Of a stretch of DNA of 64,000 bases, positions 37,593 through 46,467 are shown piece after piece. This DNA is from Candidatus Hadarchaeales archaeon (lineage in GTDB: Archaea; Hadarchaeota; Hadarchaeia; Hadarchaeales; Hadarchaeaceae). The translations under genes were made by a program, and so were the position numbers. The DNA lies in contig JAWCLG010000002.1 of NCBI GenBank assembly GCA_038851075.1, positions 1 to 64,000 on the forward strand. The letters are read 5' to 3'. The stretch's first letter is position 1; each line of letters opens with the position of its first letter. The notes below the pieces were generated by a model that was not told where the DNA came from, did not search any database, and saw nothing but the letters and a program-made list of their open reading frames with translations.

Positions 37593-39230
37593 TCACATTC
37601 CAGAAGGCATGCCTCCCTCTGCAGGGGCCTTGCCTCCTTCCTTCTCAAGCTTACTCGCGGCGATTACGTCATCTATGCGAAGGATCATTTCAGATACCTC
37701 GCTTGCGGATTTTATCGCTTGAATCTTCACTCTCATGGGCTCCACGATGCCGCCTTCCAGCGTGTTCATGGTTTTTCCGCTCACCACGTCGAGCCCAATG
37801 TGCTTTCCGTCACGTTTTTCGTGAGCTGCCCTCAAATCCATAATAACATCTATTGGATCCAGCCCGGCATTCTCGGCGAGGGTTCTGGGTATCACCTCCA
37901 TGGCCTCCGCGAAAGCGTTGACAGCCAGCGCCTCCCTTCCCCCGACAGTTTCAGCGTACTCCCTCAGGCCCTTCGCCACCTCAACCTCAACTGCACCTCC
38001 GCCGGGGACTATCTTTCCGTCCTCTATGGCTGCGGACACGACGGAAAGTCCATCATGAACTGCCCTTTCCATCTCATCCACCACGTGCTCGGTGCCTCCT
38101 CTGACAAGGATACTCACGGACTTTGGATCCTTGCATCCCTCAACAAATATCATCTCCTCACCGGAGATCTTCCGCTCCTCCACCAGGTCTGCGGTGCCAA
38201 GATCGGATGACGAGAGGTCTCGGATGTTTGTCACTATTTTTCCACCTGTAGCCCGGGCAAGCTTCTCCATGTCACTGTCCTTCACCCTTCTGGCAGCCAT
38301 TATGCCTGCCTTTGCTAGAAAATGCTGCGCCACGTCATCAATTCCCTTCTGGCAGAACACGACATTTGCCCCAGTACCCTTTATCTTGTCAACCATCTCC
38401 CTCAGCATCTTGCGCTCCTCTTCGAGGAAATTGCGGAGCTGCTCTGGGTCCGTGATGTTTATCTTTGCATCCGTTTCTGTCTCCTTGACCTCTAGAGACA
38501 TGTTCAGCAGAGCTATCCTCGCGTTTTCTACCTTTCTGGGCATTCCAGGATGTACCACGTCTTTATCCAGTATGATCCCCTGTATGAGCTGAGAGTCCCC
38601 TGTGCTTCCTCCAGTTTTTTTCTCTATCTTTATGTTGTCGATGTCGGCCTCAACTTTACCGTCCACTTTCTCGACTATCTGCTTCACGGCCATGACGCAG
38701 AGTTCTGCCAGCTTTTCCCCTCTTATCTCCGATCCCTTGCTGCTGAGCGAAGTTACCGCGATCTGCTTCAGTATTTTATCATCACCGGGCGTTATCGTCT
38801 TTGCTATTCTCTCGACTATCTCGCGGGCTTTTTCCGCGGCAAGCTTGTATCCTGATGTTACCACGGTAGGATGAATGTCCTGATCCAGCAGCTCCTCTGA
38901 TTTTTTGAGCAGCTCTCCTGCCAGCACCACGGCCGTAGTTGTCCCGTCCCCGACCTCGTTCTCCTGTGACTTTGAAACCTCAACCATCATCTTGGCGGCT
39001 GGATGCTCAACATCCATTGATTTCAGTATGGTCACTCCGTCATTAGTAATCGTGACATCACCGAGATTGTCTACAAGCATCTTATCCATTCCACGCGGCC
39101 CCAGGGTCGTTCTGACTGCCTCCGCAATGACACGGGCGGCCATTATGTTCATGCGCTGGGCATCGCGCCCTAGGTACCTCTGCACCTTCTCAGGCAATAT
39201 CAACACTGGCTGTCCACCCAACTGAGTCAA
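37593..39230 (-). CDS. ths: Thermosome (group II chaperonin) subunit
   Basis: [34 protein letters not shown] tail. Confidence 0.97.
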   Translation of the reverse strand: MTQLGGQPVLILPEKVQRYLGRDAQRMNIMAARVIAEAVRTTLGPRGMDKMLVDNLGDVTITNDGVTILKSMDVEHPAAKMMVEVSKSQENEVGDGTTTAVVLAGELLKKSEELLDQDIHPTVVTSGYKLAAEKAREIVERIAKTITPGDDKILKQIAVTSLSSKGSEIRGEKLAELCVMAVKQIVEKVDGKVEADIDNIKIEKKTGGSTGDSQLIQGIILDKDVVHPGMPRKVENARIALLNMSLEVKETETDAKINITDPEQLRNFLEEERKMLREMVDKIKGTGANVVFCQKGIDDVAQHFLAKAGIMAARRVKDSDMEKLARATGGKIVTNIRDLSSSDLGTADLVEERKISGEEMIFVEGCKDPKSVSILVRGGTEHVVDEMERAVHDGLSVVSAAIEDGKIVPGGGAVEVEVAKGLREYAETVGGREALAVNAFAEAMEVIPRTLAENAGLDPIDVIMDLRAAHEKRDGKHIGLDVVSGKTMNTLEGGIVEPMRVKIQAIKSASEVSEMILRIDDVIAASKLEKEGGKAPAEGGMPSGM

Positions 39231-39315
39231 GTTAATCCCCCACAGCTCTTACCAAGTATCACGGCTATCTCTTATATACGCATTTATTTATGAATTTTTT
39301 TGAGGTATAAAAATT

Positions 39316-40908
39316 TTACGCCTCTTTTTTAATTTCCCTTACCTGCTGGATGAACTTCCTGTACTCCTCCCCGTCCTTCAATCTCTCAATGTCCCTTCTA
39401 TAGAGATCTGACTTGAGGCTTTTGCCAGTCTTCTTTTCCCACTCATCAAACGATATCCCCTGGCTCTTCTGATCCCTGTCCCTGTACCAGTCGGGGATGA
39501 CGTTGAAGGCGCAGAAGGGCACCACCCTCTTATCAGTCATCACATAGTGTATACAGCAGCGCTTCACTCTCTCTATGTCATAGTTGTAAAGATCCATGAA
39601 GTGCATCATCCCTATGAAGAGCGTTTTCATGTGGAACTTTCCGAGGGCGTCATAGTTGTGCCTGATTATAACGTCCAGGATAAGTCTGCCAACGTCAAGA
39701 TCTTTTGGCTTGTTTTTCTTATCTATGAACTTCCCGATGCTGGAGAGTATCTTCATGCCAACCAGCGCCCTGCCCTTCCCCCTTCTCAATTCATCCGCTT
39801 TTTCATCAAGATACTCTAGGAAGCCCTCCACATCGATAAACCTGGTGATCGGAATCACCCTTTCACCGTCCTTGAAAAGATAAGTGGCGGCGCCGCAGGC
39901 GAAATGGCTGCTCATATCATACATGGTCTTTCCGGTGAAAGCCTCAAGGAAACCGCTTATCACCATTGCTGCAGGAACCGGGAAGAAGTCCTCAACCGAT
40001 ATCTCCCCACCTGTCTGTTCCTCAAGCTTACCAAGCACATCCGGAATCGTTATCCTGTACTTTTCTCTCTCCTCACGGGGCATCCTTCCGACGAGTGAGA
40101 CGGGCTGAAAGTTGACCCCTCTGACCACATCAATATTTTTCAGACCAAACCTGACTATGTCTCCGATCTCATCGTCGTTAACGGACCTTATCACGGTCGG
40201 AACTAACACCACTCCCATTCCAGCACTTTTGCAGTGCTCTAGAAGATACGGAACCTCCCAGTGGTTTTTTGGATTGCTCTTCTCCGTCAGCCCGTCAAAA
40301 CTCAGGTAAAGCGTGTTCACTCCTGCCTCCCTCACTCTCCTCAGGAGCTCTGGGTCATGCGAAAGCCTTATCCCGTTCGTGTTGAGCTGAATATGATCGA
40401 TTTTGTGCTTTTTTATTAATTTTATGATCTCAACTATATCCTCCCTCAAACACGGCTCACCGCCGGTTATCTGCACGGCGTTGCAAGGGATGGGCCTCTC
40501 ATCCCTGAGTGTCTCCACCATTTCCTCTATCTGGTCTATGGTGGGCTCGTAGATGTAACCAGCGCGACCTGAGTAGAAAAAACAGTACCAGCAGGCAAGG
40601 TCACAGCGGTTGGTCACCACTATATTTGCTAGGGCTGTGTGGCTTTTGTGCATCGTGCAAAGGCCGCAATCCTTTGGGCATACCGGGTCGCTCTTTGTAA
40701 CCTGCGGATTTTCCACCCCCTTTCCATCCCTGGCGTACCTCTTCGCCCTCTCGTACCATTTCATCGAGCCGAAGTACAGCTCCTCGAATTCACCGTGATC
40801 CGAACATGTCTTCTTTATCCAGACCCTGCCATCCCTCCCGAATACCGTTGCAGGGACTATCTTCAAGCACTCTGGGCATACAGACTCCGTTTTTGCGAGT
40901 TCTTCCAT
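39316..40908 (-). CDS. tes: Tetraether lipid synthase Tes (MJ0619/GDGT-MAS-like radical SAM)
   Basis: N-terminal CPEC..C..HG, CPKDCGLC..H, TNRCDLACWYC, VNFQPVS..GR, MHFMD.YNYD..RV.RCCIHY, PFC. Confidence 0.85.
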   Translation of the reverse strand: MEELAKTESVCPECLKIVPATVFGRDGRVWIKKTCSDHGEFEELYFGSMKWYERAKRYARDGKGVENPQVTKSDPVCPKDCGLCTMHKSHTALANIVVTNRCDLACWYCFFYSGRAGYIYEPTIDQIEEMVETLRDERPIPCNAVQITGGEPCLREDIVEIIKLIKKHKIDHIQLNTNGIRLSHDPELLRRVREAGVNTLYLSFDGLTEKSNPKNHWEVPYLLEHCKSAGMGVVLVPTVIRSVNDDEIGDIVRFGLKNIDVVRGVNFQPVSLVGRMPREEREKYRITIPDVLGKLEEQTGGEISVEDFFPVPAAMVISGFLEAFTGKTMYDMSSHFACGAATYLFKDGERVIPITRFIDVEGFLEYLDEKADELRRGKGRALVGMKILSSIGKFIDKKNKPKDLDVGRLILDVIIRHNYDALGKFHMKTLFIGMMHFMDLYNYDIERVKRCCIHYVMTDKRVVPFCAFNVIPDWYRDRDQKSQGISFDEWEKKTGKSLKSDLYRRDIERLKDGEEYRKFIQQVREIKKEA

Positions 40909-41016
40909 GCTTCCACTGATTTTATCACTGGGGCGCTGATTTTAATCCTATCGTAGGCCCGATAACCGGCTGGCGGGTATTTTTAGATGTATGCTCCATC
41001 ATTTTTGAGGTAGCGC

Positions 41017-41523
41017 ATGTGCGATGAGCTGGGAGGACTCATCTGCCGGGCAATATGGTTCATACTGCCTGCCTACGTCGCAAATGCTTCACCGGTCATT
41101 CTCGGAGGTGGGAGAGCAGTTGACGGCGGAAAAAAGATGAGGGACGGGCGTCCGATATTCGGCCCCGGCAAGACCATCAGAGGCATTGTCGGAGGCATGG
41201 CGGCCGGAACGGTAACTGGAATTATACAGGCGCTGCTCACGTCTTCTTCGCAATACATCCTGGTGGCGATTCTGCTCTCGGCGGGCGCGCTTATCGGTGA
41301 TCTTTTAGGAAGCTTCATAAAGAGGAGGCTGAACATACCTCGGGGAGGAGCCGCGCCGCTTCTTGATCAGCTTGGGTTCGTTATATTTGCCATTCTCATC
41401 GCAAGTCCATTTATGTTCCCTGGATGGGAAGCGGTGGTGATCATCATGCTCATCACTCCGCCGCTCCATCTCGCCACAAACTTCATCGGGTACAAAATGG
41501 GGGTAAAGAGCAGACCATACTAG
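41017..41523 (+). CDS. carS: CDP-archaeol synthase
   Basis: LPAYVAN, DGRPIFGPGKT.RG, GDLLGSFIKRRL, PLLDQL. Confidence 0.93.
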   Translation: MCDELGGLICRAIWFILPAYVANASPVILGGGRAVDGGKKMRDGRPIFGPGKTIRGIVGGMAAGTVTGIIQALLTSSSQYILVAILLSAGALIGDLLGSFIKRRLNIPRGGAAPLLDQLGFVIFAILIASPFMFPGWEAVVIIMLITPPLHLATNFIGYKMGVKSRPY

Positions 41524-41532
41524 GTGTGGTGT

Positions 41533-42498
41533 TTGAGGAGATATGATCTATTTGGCATCGGGACCGCGCTCGTGGACTCCGTTGCAAAGGTCGGGGATGA
41601 CTTCATAAAAAAACTGGGATTAAAAAAAGAGGCCACGAACTATGTGACCCGCGATAGGCTGAACGAAATTCTAGGGGATCTCGGCAGCTCACTATTTTCC
41701 TGGCCCGGCGACAACGCCAGAAATGTCTGCGAGGGAATCGCGTTTATGGGCGGGAAAGCTGCATATGCTGGACGCATTGGCGGGGATCAGGAGGGCGTGT
41801 TTTTTGAAAAGGTGCTCAAACGCCTGGGAATAGAGTCGTTTCTAGAAGTCGGTCCTGGAAAGACTGGAAGAATAATAACTCTCGTTACGCCGGATATGTG
41901 CAGGACTTTCGTGGCTGACCTCGGCAATGGAAACGGCTACTCCTCGGTTCCAGAATACGGGATAAAAAGCTCAAAATATCTGTTTCTCACATCAATAACA
42001 ATGCTGAACGGTAAGATCTCAGAAGTCGCGGAAAAAGCCTTGGATATTGCCAAAAAATCTGGAGTTTCCGTTTCGATCTCGCTGGAGAGCGCACCTATGA
42101 TACTGGAGAACAGAGAACGTCTTGTCTCTGAGGTCGCTAAGTCTGATGTTCTATTCGGGAACGAGATGGAGATATCGGCGCTAACCGGGATGGGCGCTGA
42201 GAATGGCGCAAAAAAACTTGCCAGAAGGATACCCATCATATGTCTGAAAATGGGTGAAAGAGGATCTAAAATATTCTCAGGAGGACGCATAATTTCCGTA
42301 CCACCGCACCCGGCATCTGTCAGAGACCCTACTGGTGCCGGAGATTATTACGCCGCGGGCTTCATATTCGGAATGATTAGGGGGAAAACAGTTGAGGAAT
42401 GCGGAGAGATGGGGGCAAAGCTGGCATCTATGGCTATAGAAAACCTGTGCGCCACTCTGACTGAAAGAGAGGACCACGATATTTATCCAATAAATTGA
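41533..42498 (+). CDS. PfkB-family (adenosine/nucleoside-like) kinase
   Basis: GIGTALVD, FGNEME, DPTGAGDYYAAG. Confidence 0.9.
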   Translation: MRRYDLFGIGTALVDSVAKVGDDFIKKLGLKKEATNYVTRDRLNEILGDLGSSLFSWPGDNARNVCEGIAFMGGKAAYAGRIGGDQEGVFFEKVLKRLGIESFLEVGPGKTGRIITLVTPDMCRTFVADLGNGNGYSSVPEYGIKSSKYLFLTSITMLNGKISEVAEKALDIAKKSGVSVSISLESAPMILENRERLVSEVAKSDVLFGNEMEISALTGMGAENGAKKLARRIPIICLKMGERGSKIFSGGRIISVPPHPASVRDPTGAGDYYAAGFIFGMIRGKTVEECGEMGAKLASMAIENLCATLTEREDHDIYPIN

Positions 42499-42517
42499 CA
42501 GTATTATATGGTGAAAC

Positions 42518-42688
42518 ATGGGGAGAGTGACCGGAGCCTGCAGCATATGCGGCAAGATAAGCACCGATGTGTACCGATGCAGCATCTGCGGGGGAGTGGT
42601 ATGCTCCGGCTGCTTCATGAAAGACGTGAACGTCTGCAAGAAATGCGTTAGAAAGGGTCTCTGGGTTGAAAGACAGGGCGCCGAGTGA
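42518..42688 (+). CDS. 56-aa Cys8 zinc-finger microprotein (not in ORF track)
   Basis: MGRVTGACSICGKISTDVYRCSICGGVVCSGCFMKDVNVCKKCVRKG...; four CxxC; stop overlaps the toprim start. Confidence 0.82.
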   Translation: MGRVTGACSICGKISTDVYRCSICGGVVCSGCFMKDVNVCKKCVRKGLWVERQGAE

Positions 42689-43092
42689 TGGATTTGCTTG
42701 AAGAGGGCGCGGCAGAAGAACTGGAAAAGGTAATCTCCGAACTTAAGGAAATGGCTTCCCGCGGAATATCGATAATAGTGGAGGGCGAGGAGGACGTGAA
42801 AGCCTTGGCAGAAATCAACATAACCGGTGATGTCAGGAAGATATCCGGGCATGGATCTCTGCTGAACTTCATTGAATGCTTTTCCGGGCATGAGGAGGTG
42901 ATTATCCTCGCCGACTTTGACCGCGCCGGAGAAGAACTCGCCCGTTTCTGCGAAAAACATCTCAAAAGCATTGGGGTCAGACCAAACACAGAAATAAGGA
43001 AAAAGCTGAAGGGGCTGCTTACCCGGGAAGCGAGAGACATACCCGGAGTCGTGAGGACTGTCAGGTCCTGCGGGATCTCCTGTATGAAATAA
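42685..43092 (+). CDS. Stand-alone TOPRIM-domain protein (UPF0292-like)
   Basis: IIVEGEEDVKAL, ILADFDRAGEEL. Confidence 0.88.
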   Translation: MMDLLEEGAAEELEKVISELKEMASRGISIIVEGEEDVKALAEINITGDVRKISGHGSLLNFIECFSGHEEVIILADFDRAGEELARFCEKHLKSIGVRPNTEIRKKLKGLLTREARDIPGVVRTVRSCGISCMK

Positions 43093-43669
43093 ACTTAGAA
43101 ACCAGGTCAGGTTTGAAACCTATTTTCTCCAGTTTCTTTTTTATTTCCGTCTCCTTCATGCCCTCTCCCATGAACCTGGCGTATAACTTCTCCATGGTCT
43201 CAAATCTCTCATGAGGGAAACAAACCCACGCATCGGTGTTTCGCACGTTGAAATCTGGCTTTATAATCGACCATGGCTTCTGATAAAGCGTGCAAACCCT
43301 GACCTCGGAAGCTCCCATTTTCACGAGATGCTCCTTCACCATCCTCAGGCTGTTTCCGGAGTCCGCTATGTCATCCACAAGAAGCACCCTTCTGCCTTTA
43401 ACATCAACAGAGAGCGGCTGTGTTATCTCGGGCTTATCTCTAGTACTGTATATGCCGTGATAGTACTCGACTCTTATAGTCGCGAGATTATGATTGCCGA
43501 GGATATCTGAAAGAACTCGGCCTGGTATCCATCCGCCTCTGGAAACCGCTATAATGATCTCGGGATTGTAACCGCTGCGGATCACTTGGTCGGCGACCTC
43601 AATGCAAAGATTGTATATCAGATCCCAGCTCGGAACTTCATACTTGTCAGGCTTTTTATCCTCGCTCAC
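43061..43669 (-). CDS. Type I phosphoribosyltransferase (purine-salvage-like)
   Basis: AVSRGGWIPG, VLLVDDIADSGNSL, WVCFP. Confidence 0.9.
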   Translation of the reverse strand: MSEDKKPDKYEVPSWDLIYNLCIEVADQVIRSGYNPEIIIAVSRGGWIPGRVLSDILGNHNLATIRVEYYHGIYSTRDKPEITQPLSVDVKGRRVLLVDDIADSGNSLRMVKEHLVKMGASEVRVCTLYQKPWSIIKPDFNVRNTDAWVCFPHERFETMEKLYARFMGEGMKETEIKKKLEKIGFKPDLVSKFISYRRSRRT

Positions 43670-43746
43670 GGTCCATACTCCTCAGGATTGACTAAAAAAC
43701 GTTCCTCCGAACATTTTATTTTAACCGCCGGTAGAGATGGAGCGGG

Positions 43747-44181
43747 ATGAAGTTGGAGTGGCTATCTTTCTTAGTCTCTCTAGTGCCATTCGTGGAACTC
43801 CGAGGCGCATTTTTCATGGCAGCGGTCTTCTATCCGCTGGAGGTGGCGCTCGTAGGATGCGTTGTGCTGAACATCTTAGTTGTACCGATTGCTTTCCTCA
43901 TCATCGACTTCATACTGCCGAGGCTCGCATCCAGATACAAGACCATCGACGGGTTTTTCAGATGGGCCAGGAGAAGAGCCGAAAATCACGGCAATCTCAC
44001 TTTTAGCATGCTGCTGCTTTTTGTCGCGGTTCCGATCCCCGGATCAGGGGCATACACAGGATCGCTGATAGCATGCGTCACCGGCATGAAAAGGTCCAGA
44101 GCATTTATTGCTATTTCGCTGGGAGTGTTATTTGCAGGCCTGATACTGTACTCGATCGTCAAAATGACCTATGCGTCGTGA
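43747..44181 (+). CDS. Small multidrug export family (COG2426) membrane protein
   Basis: PFVELRGA, FVAVPIPGSGAYTG. Confidence 0.88.
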   Translation: MKLEWLSFLVSLVPFVELRGAFFMAAVFYPLEVALVGCVVLNILVVPIAFLIIDFILPRLASRYKTIDGFFRWARRRAENHGNLTFSMLLLFVAVPIPGSGAYTGSLIACVTGMKRSRAFIAISLGVLFAGLILYSIVKMTYAS

Positions 44182-44194
44182 ACGATGGATAACA

Positions 44195-44218
44195 TATTTG
44201 TTTTTAATATAACAAATA
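44195..44218. promoter_or_regulatory. Inverted repeat TATTTGTT-N8-AACAAATA flanking a TATA-like spacer upstream of dnaG
   Basis: Perfect 8-bp arms around tttaatat. Confidence 0.4.
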
Positions 44219-44382
44219 AGGAGCACCTTTTTATCTTATGAATTTTCTATTACAGTAATGGTCATCAACTCAAGCCAGAATCACGATCAAACTTATTCTG
44301 GCTGGAAGGGCGTCAGCCCGTGGAAGAAAAAAATCTGAGAGAGCTGGTAGCCGAAAAAATTAACAAAAAGGAGGGTTCGGCT

Positions 44383-45540
44383 GTGCGAGATGATAGCGGT
44401 ACTGTAAAGTACGTGATACACGCGAAGATAGAGGCAAGCGGTGTTGTTGAGAGGCCTGATGTGGTCGGAGCCATATTTGGACAAACTGAGGGGTTGCTCG
44501 GGGAGGATCTGGACCTCAGAGAGCTGCTTAAAACCGGAAGGATAGGCAGGATAAACGTTAACATAAACTCCGTCCAAGGAAAGTCCACCGGAACGATAAG
44601 CATACCATCAAGTCTTGACAGGATAGAAACCGCGATAATAGGTGCGGCGCTGGAAACAATAGAAAGAGTCGGCCCGTGCGAGGCCAAAATAACCGTTGAA
44701 AAAATAGAGGACGTCAGGGGTGTCAAGCGAAAGTTCGTCATAGACCGTGCGAAGAAGCTGTTGGAACAGTTCGGAGAAACCGCAACCGAATCTCAGGAGC
44801 TGACTGAAAGAGTTAAGGACTCGATAAGGGTCGAAGAGATATCTGAATATAAAGGTTTGCCGGCTGGGCCTGGGGTTCAGGATTCCGATGCTATAGTGAT
44901 AGTTGAGGGCAGGGCAGATGTCCTCAACCTGCTCAGGGCAGGGATAAGAAACTCCATAGCGGTGGAGGGGACCAATATACCTGAAGCGGTGGTGGAACTC
45001 TGCAAGGGTAAGACCGTGACGGCATTCTTCGATCACGACAGAGGTGGAGAGCTTATAATGAAAGAGTTGCTTCAGAGGGCTGACATCGATTTCGTGGCAA
45101 AGCCTCCGCCCGGAAGAAGCGTTGAAGACCTCACGCGAAAGGAGATAATAAAGGCGCTGAGGGAAAAGGTACCAGTGGAGCAGGCAATTCTCGAGCAGAG
45201 GATAAAGTTCGAACCGGAATCGAGGAAAGAGCATGGAAACCACATCACCGATATTCTGGAGAGGATCTTAGAGTCCCTGAAAGGAACCCTCAAAGCGGTG
45301 CTGCTTAATGGCCGTCTTGAACCGGTATCCGAGGTTCCCGTGAGCGGGCTCAGGGATGCGATCACCAACGGCGAGGATATCATGGCGGTTGTCCTTGACG
45401 GAGTAATCACGCAGGAACTTTCAGAGCTAGCTGCATCAAAGAACGTGAAGTACATAGTCGGGGTACGGTCAAGAGTTACTGCACCCCCAAAGGACATCAA
45501 GGTTCTTACACTTGATGATATCAGGTTCAGAAGACCGTGA
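44383..45540 (+). CDS. dnaG: Archaeal DnaG (exosome-associated, TOPRIM)
   Basis: [39 protein letters not shown]; GTG 44383 follows SD GGAGGG (track start 44320). Confidence 0.95.
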   Translation: MRDDSGTVKYVIHAKIEASGVVERPDVVGAIFGQTEGLLGEDLDLRELLKTGRIGRINVNINSVQGKSTGTISIPSSLDRIETAIIGAALETIERVGPCEAKITVEKIEDVRGVKRKFVIDRAKKLLEQFGETATESQELTERVKDSIRVEEISEYKGLPAGPGVQDSDAIVIVEGRADVLNLLRAGIRNSIAVEGTNIPEAVVELCKGKTVTAFFDHDRGGELIMKELLQRADIDFVAKPPPGRSVEDLTRKEIIKALREKVPVEQAILEQRIKFEPESRKEHGNHITDILERILESLKGTLKAVLLNGRLEPVSEVPVSGLRDAITNGEDIMAVVLDGVITQELSELAASKNVKYIVGVRSRVTAPPKDIKVLTLDDIRFRRP

Positions 45541-45996
45541 TTATTTTCTAAACCTGATCTCCATGGCAATTGCCGTTTCACCGTCTTCGTAGTAGTACGG
45601 TAGCTCCTCCATTTTCCTGAATCCGAGTCCCTGGTAAAACCTCTGGGCCCGGATATTGCTTTTCCTGACCTCCAGTCTTATCACATTTGACCCCTTTAAC
45701 ACGAGCTTCTCCATGACCTTCTGCATCAGGGCGCTCCCGATACCGCGGCACCGATAATCTGGATCAACTCCTATCGCCAGTATGTGGCCGGTGGCCCCCC
45801 ATCTCAACGCTCCGATAACATAACCAACCACCTTTCCGCATACCTCCGCTACATAAAAGGTATCTGGATGCAGAAGCATGAGCCTGTGCAACAGCGAAAT
45901 GGGGTATGGATCCGGGAAGCATCTATACTCTATCTCCAGCACAACCGGCAGGTCCATCTCTGTTACTTCCCTCAGTGAGAACCTTCCGTCCTCCAT
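45541..45996 (-). CDS. rimI: RimI/Ard1-like GNAT N-acetyltransferase
   Basis: GHILAIGVDPDYRCRGIG, LEVRKSN..A..FY, YYEDGE.A. Confidence 0.9.
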   Translation of the reverse strand: MEDGRFSLREVTEMDLPVVLEIEYRCFPDPYPISLLHRLMLLHPDTFYVAEVCGKVVGYVIGALRWGATGHILAIGVDPDYRCRGIGSALMQKVMEKLVLKGSNVIRLEVRKSNIRAQRFYQGLGFRKMEELPYYYEDGETAIAMEIRFRK

Positions 45997-46048
45997 GGAA
46001 TTCCCCAAAATATATTTTACGGACATGATAAAATCAGTGAGTGATGAC

Positions 46049-46435
46049 ATGGTAACACCCAAAAAAAGGGGCACAAGATTCGAATACAGGGTCGCCTACC
46101 TATTTGAAAAATACGGTTATTCTTGGGACAGGTCAAGAAGCTCCATGGGAATAGATCTCAAGATCACAAGAAACGGCAAGCTCCGTTATCTAATCAGCTG
46201 CAAAAAGACTTCAAAAAACGGCCCGATATACATCCCGCTCGAAGAAGTTTCAAGACTTGAAAAATATTCCAGAGAAACACGGGCTGATGGGATGATATGC
46301 TTCGGCTTTAACAGAACAGCCATCTTTTTTCTGAAACTTAAAGACGTCGCGCTGCTCGAGAAAACGCGCCAGTACTACAAAATAAATCGCGGCGATGGAC
46401 ATATTCTCGAAAACATGCTAAAGAAGATCAGATAA
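46049..46435 (+). CDS. Hjc-like Holliday junction resolvase / PD-(D/E)xK nuclease (variant)
   Basis: GTRFE....F...GY...RS..S.GIDL...ISCKKT...IYI..EEV..L. Confidence 0.72.
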   Translation: MVTPKKRGTRFEYRVAYLFEKYGYSWDRSRSSMGIDLKITRNGKLRYLISCKKTSKNGPIYIPLEEVSRLEKYSRETRADGMICFGFNRTAIFFLKLKDVALLEKTRQYYKINRGDGHILENMLKKIR

Positions 46436-46467
46436 TTTGTATCGTTGTCTGATTATCCCGCTAACTT

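Noticed and set aside
37593-37595. Selenocysteine recoding of the thermosome TGA
   Set aside because: The thermosome ends in a normal GGM-type tail, no SECIS-like hairpin was recognised, and a T-rich terminator-like tract follows
44255-44320. Fluoride (crcB) riboswitch upstream of dnaG
   Set aside because: Only superficial resemblance; the pseudoknot complement and the conserved 3' motif are missing
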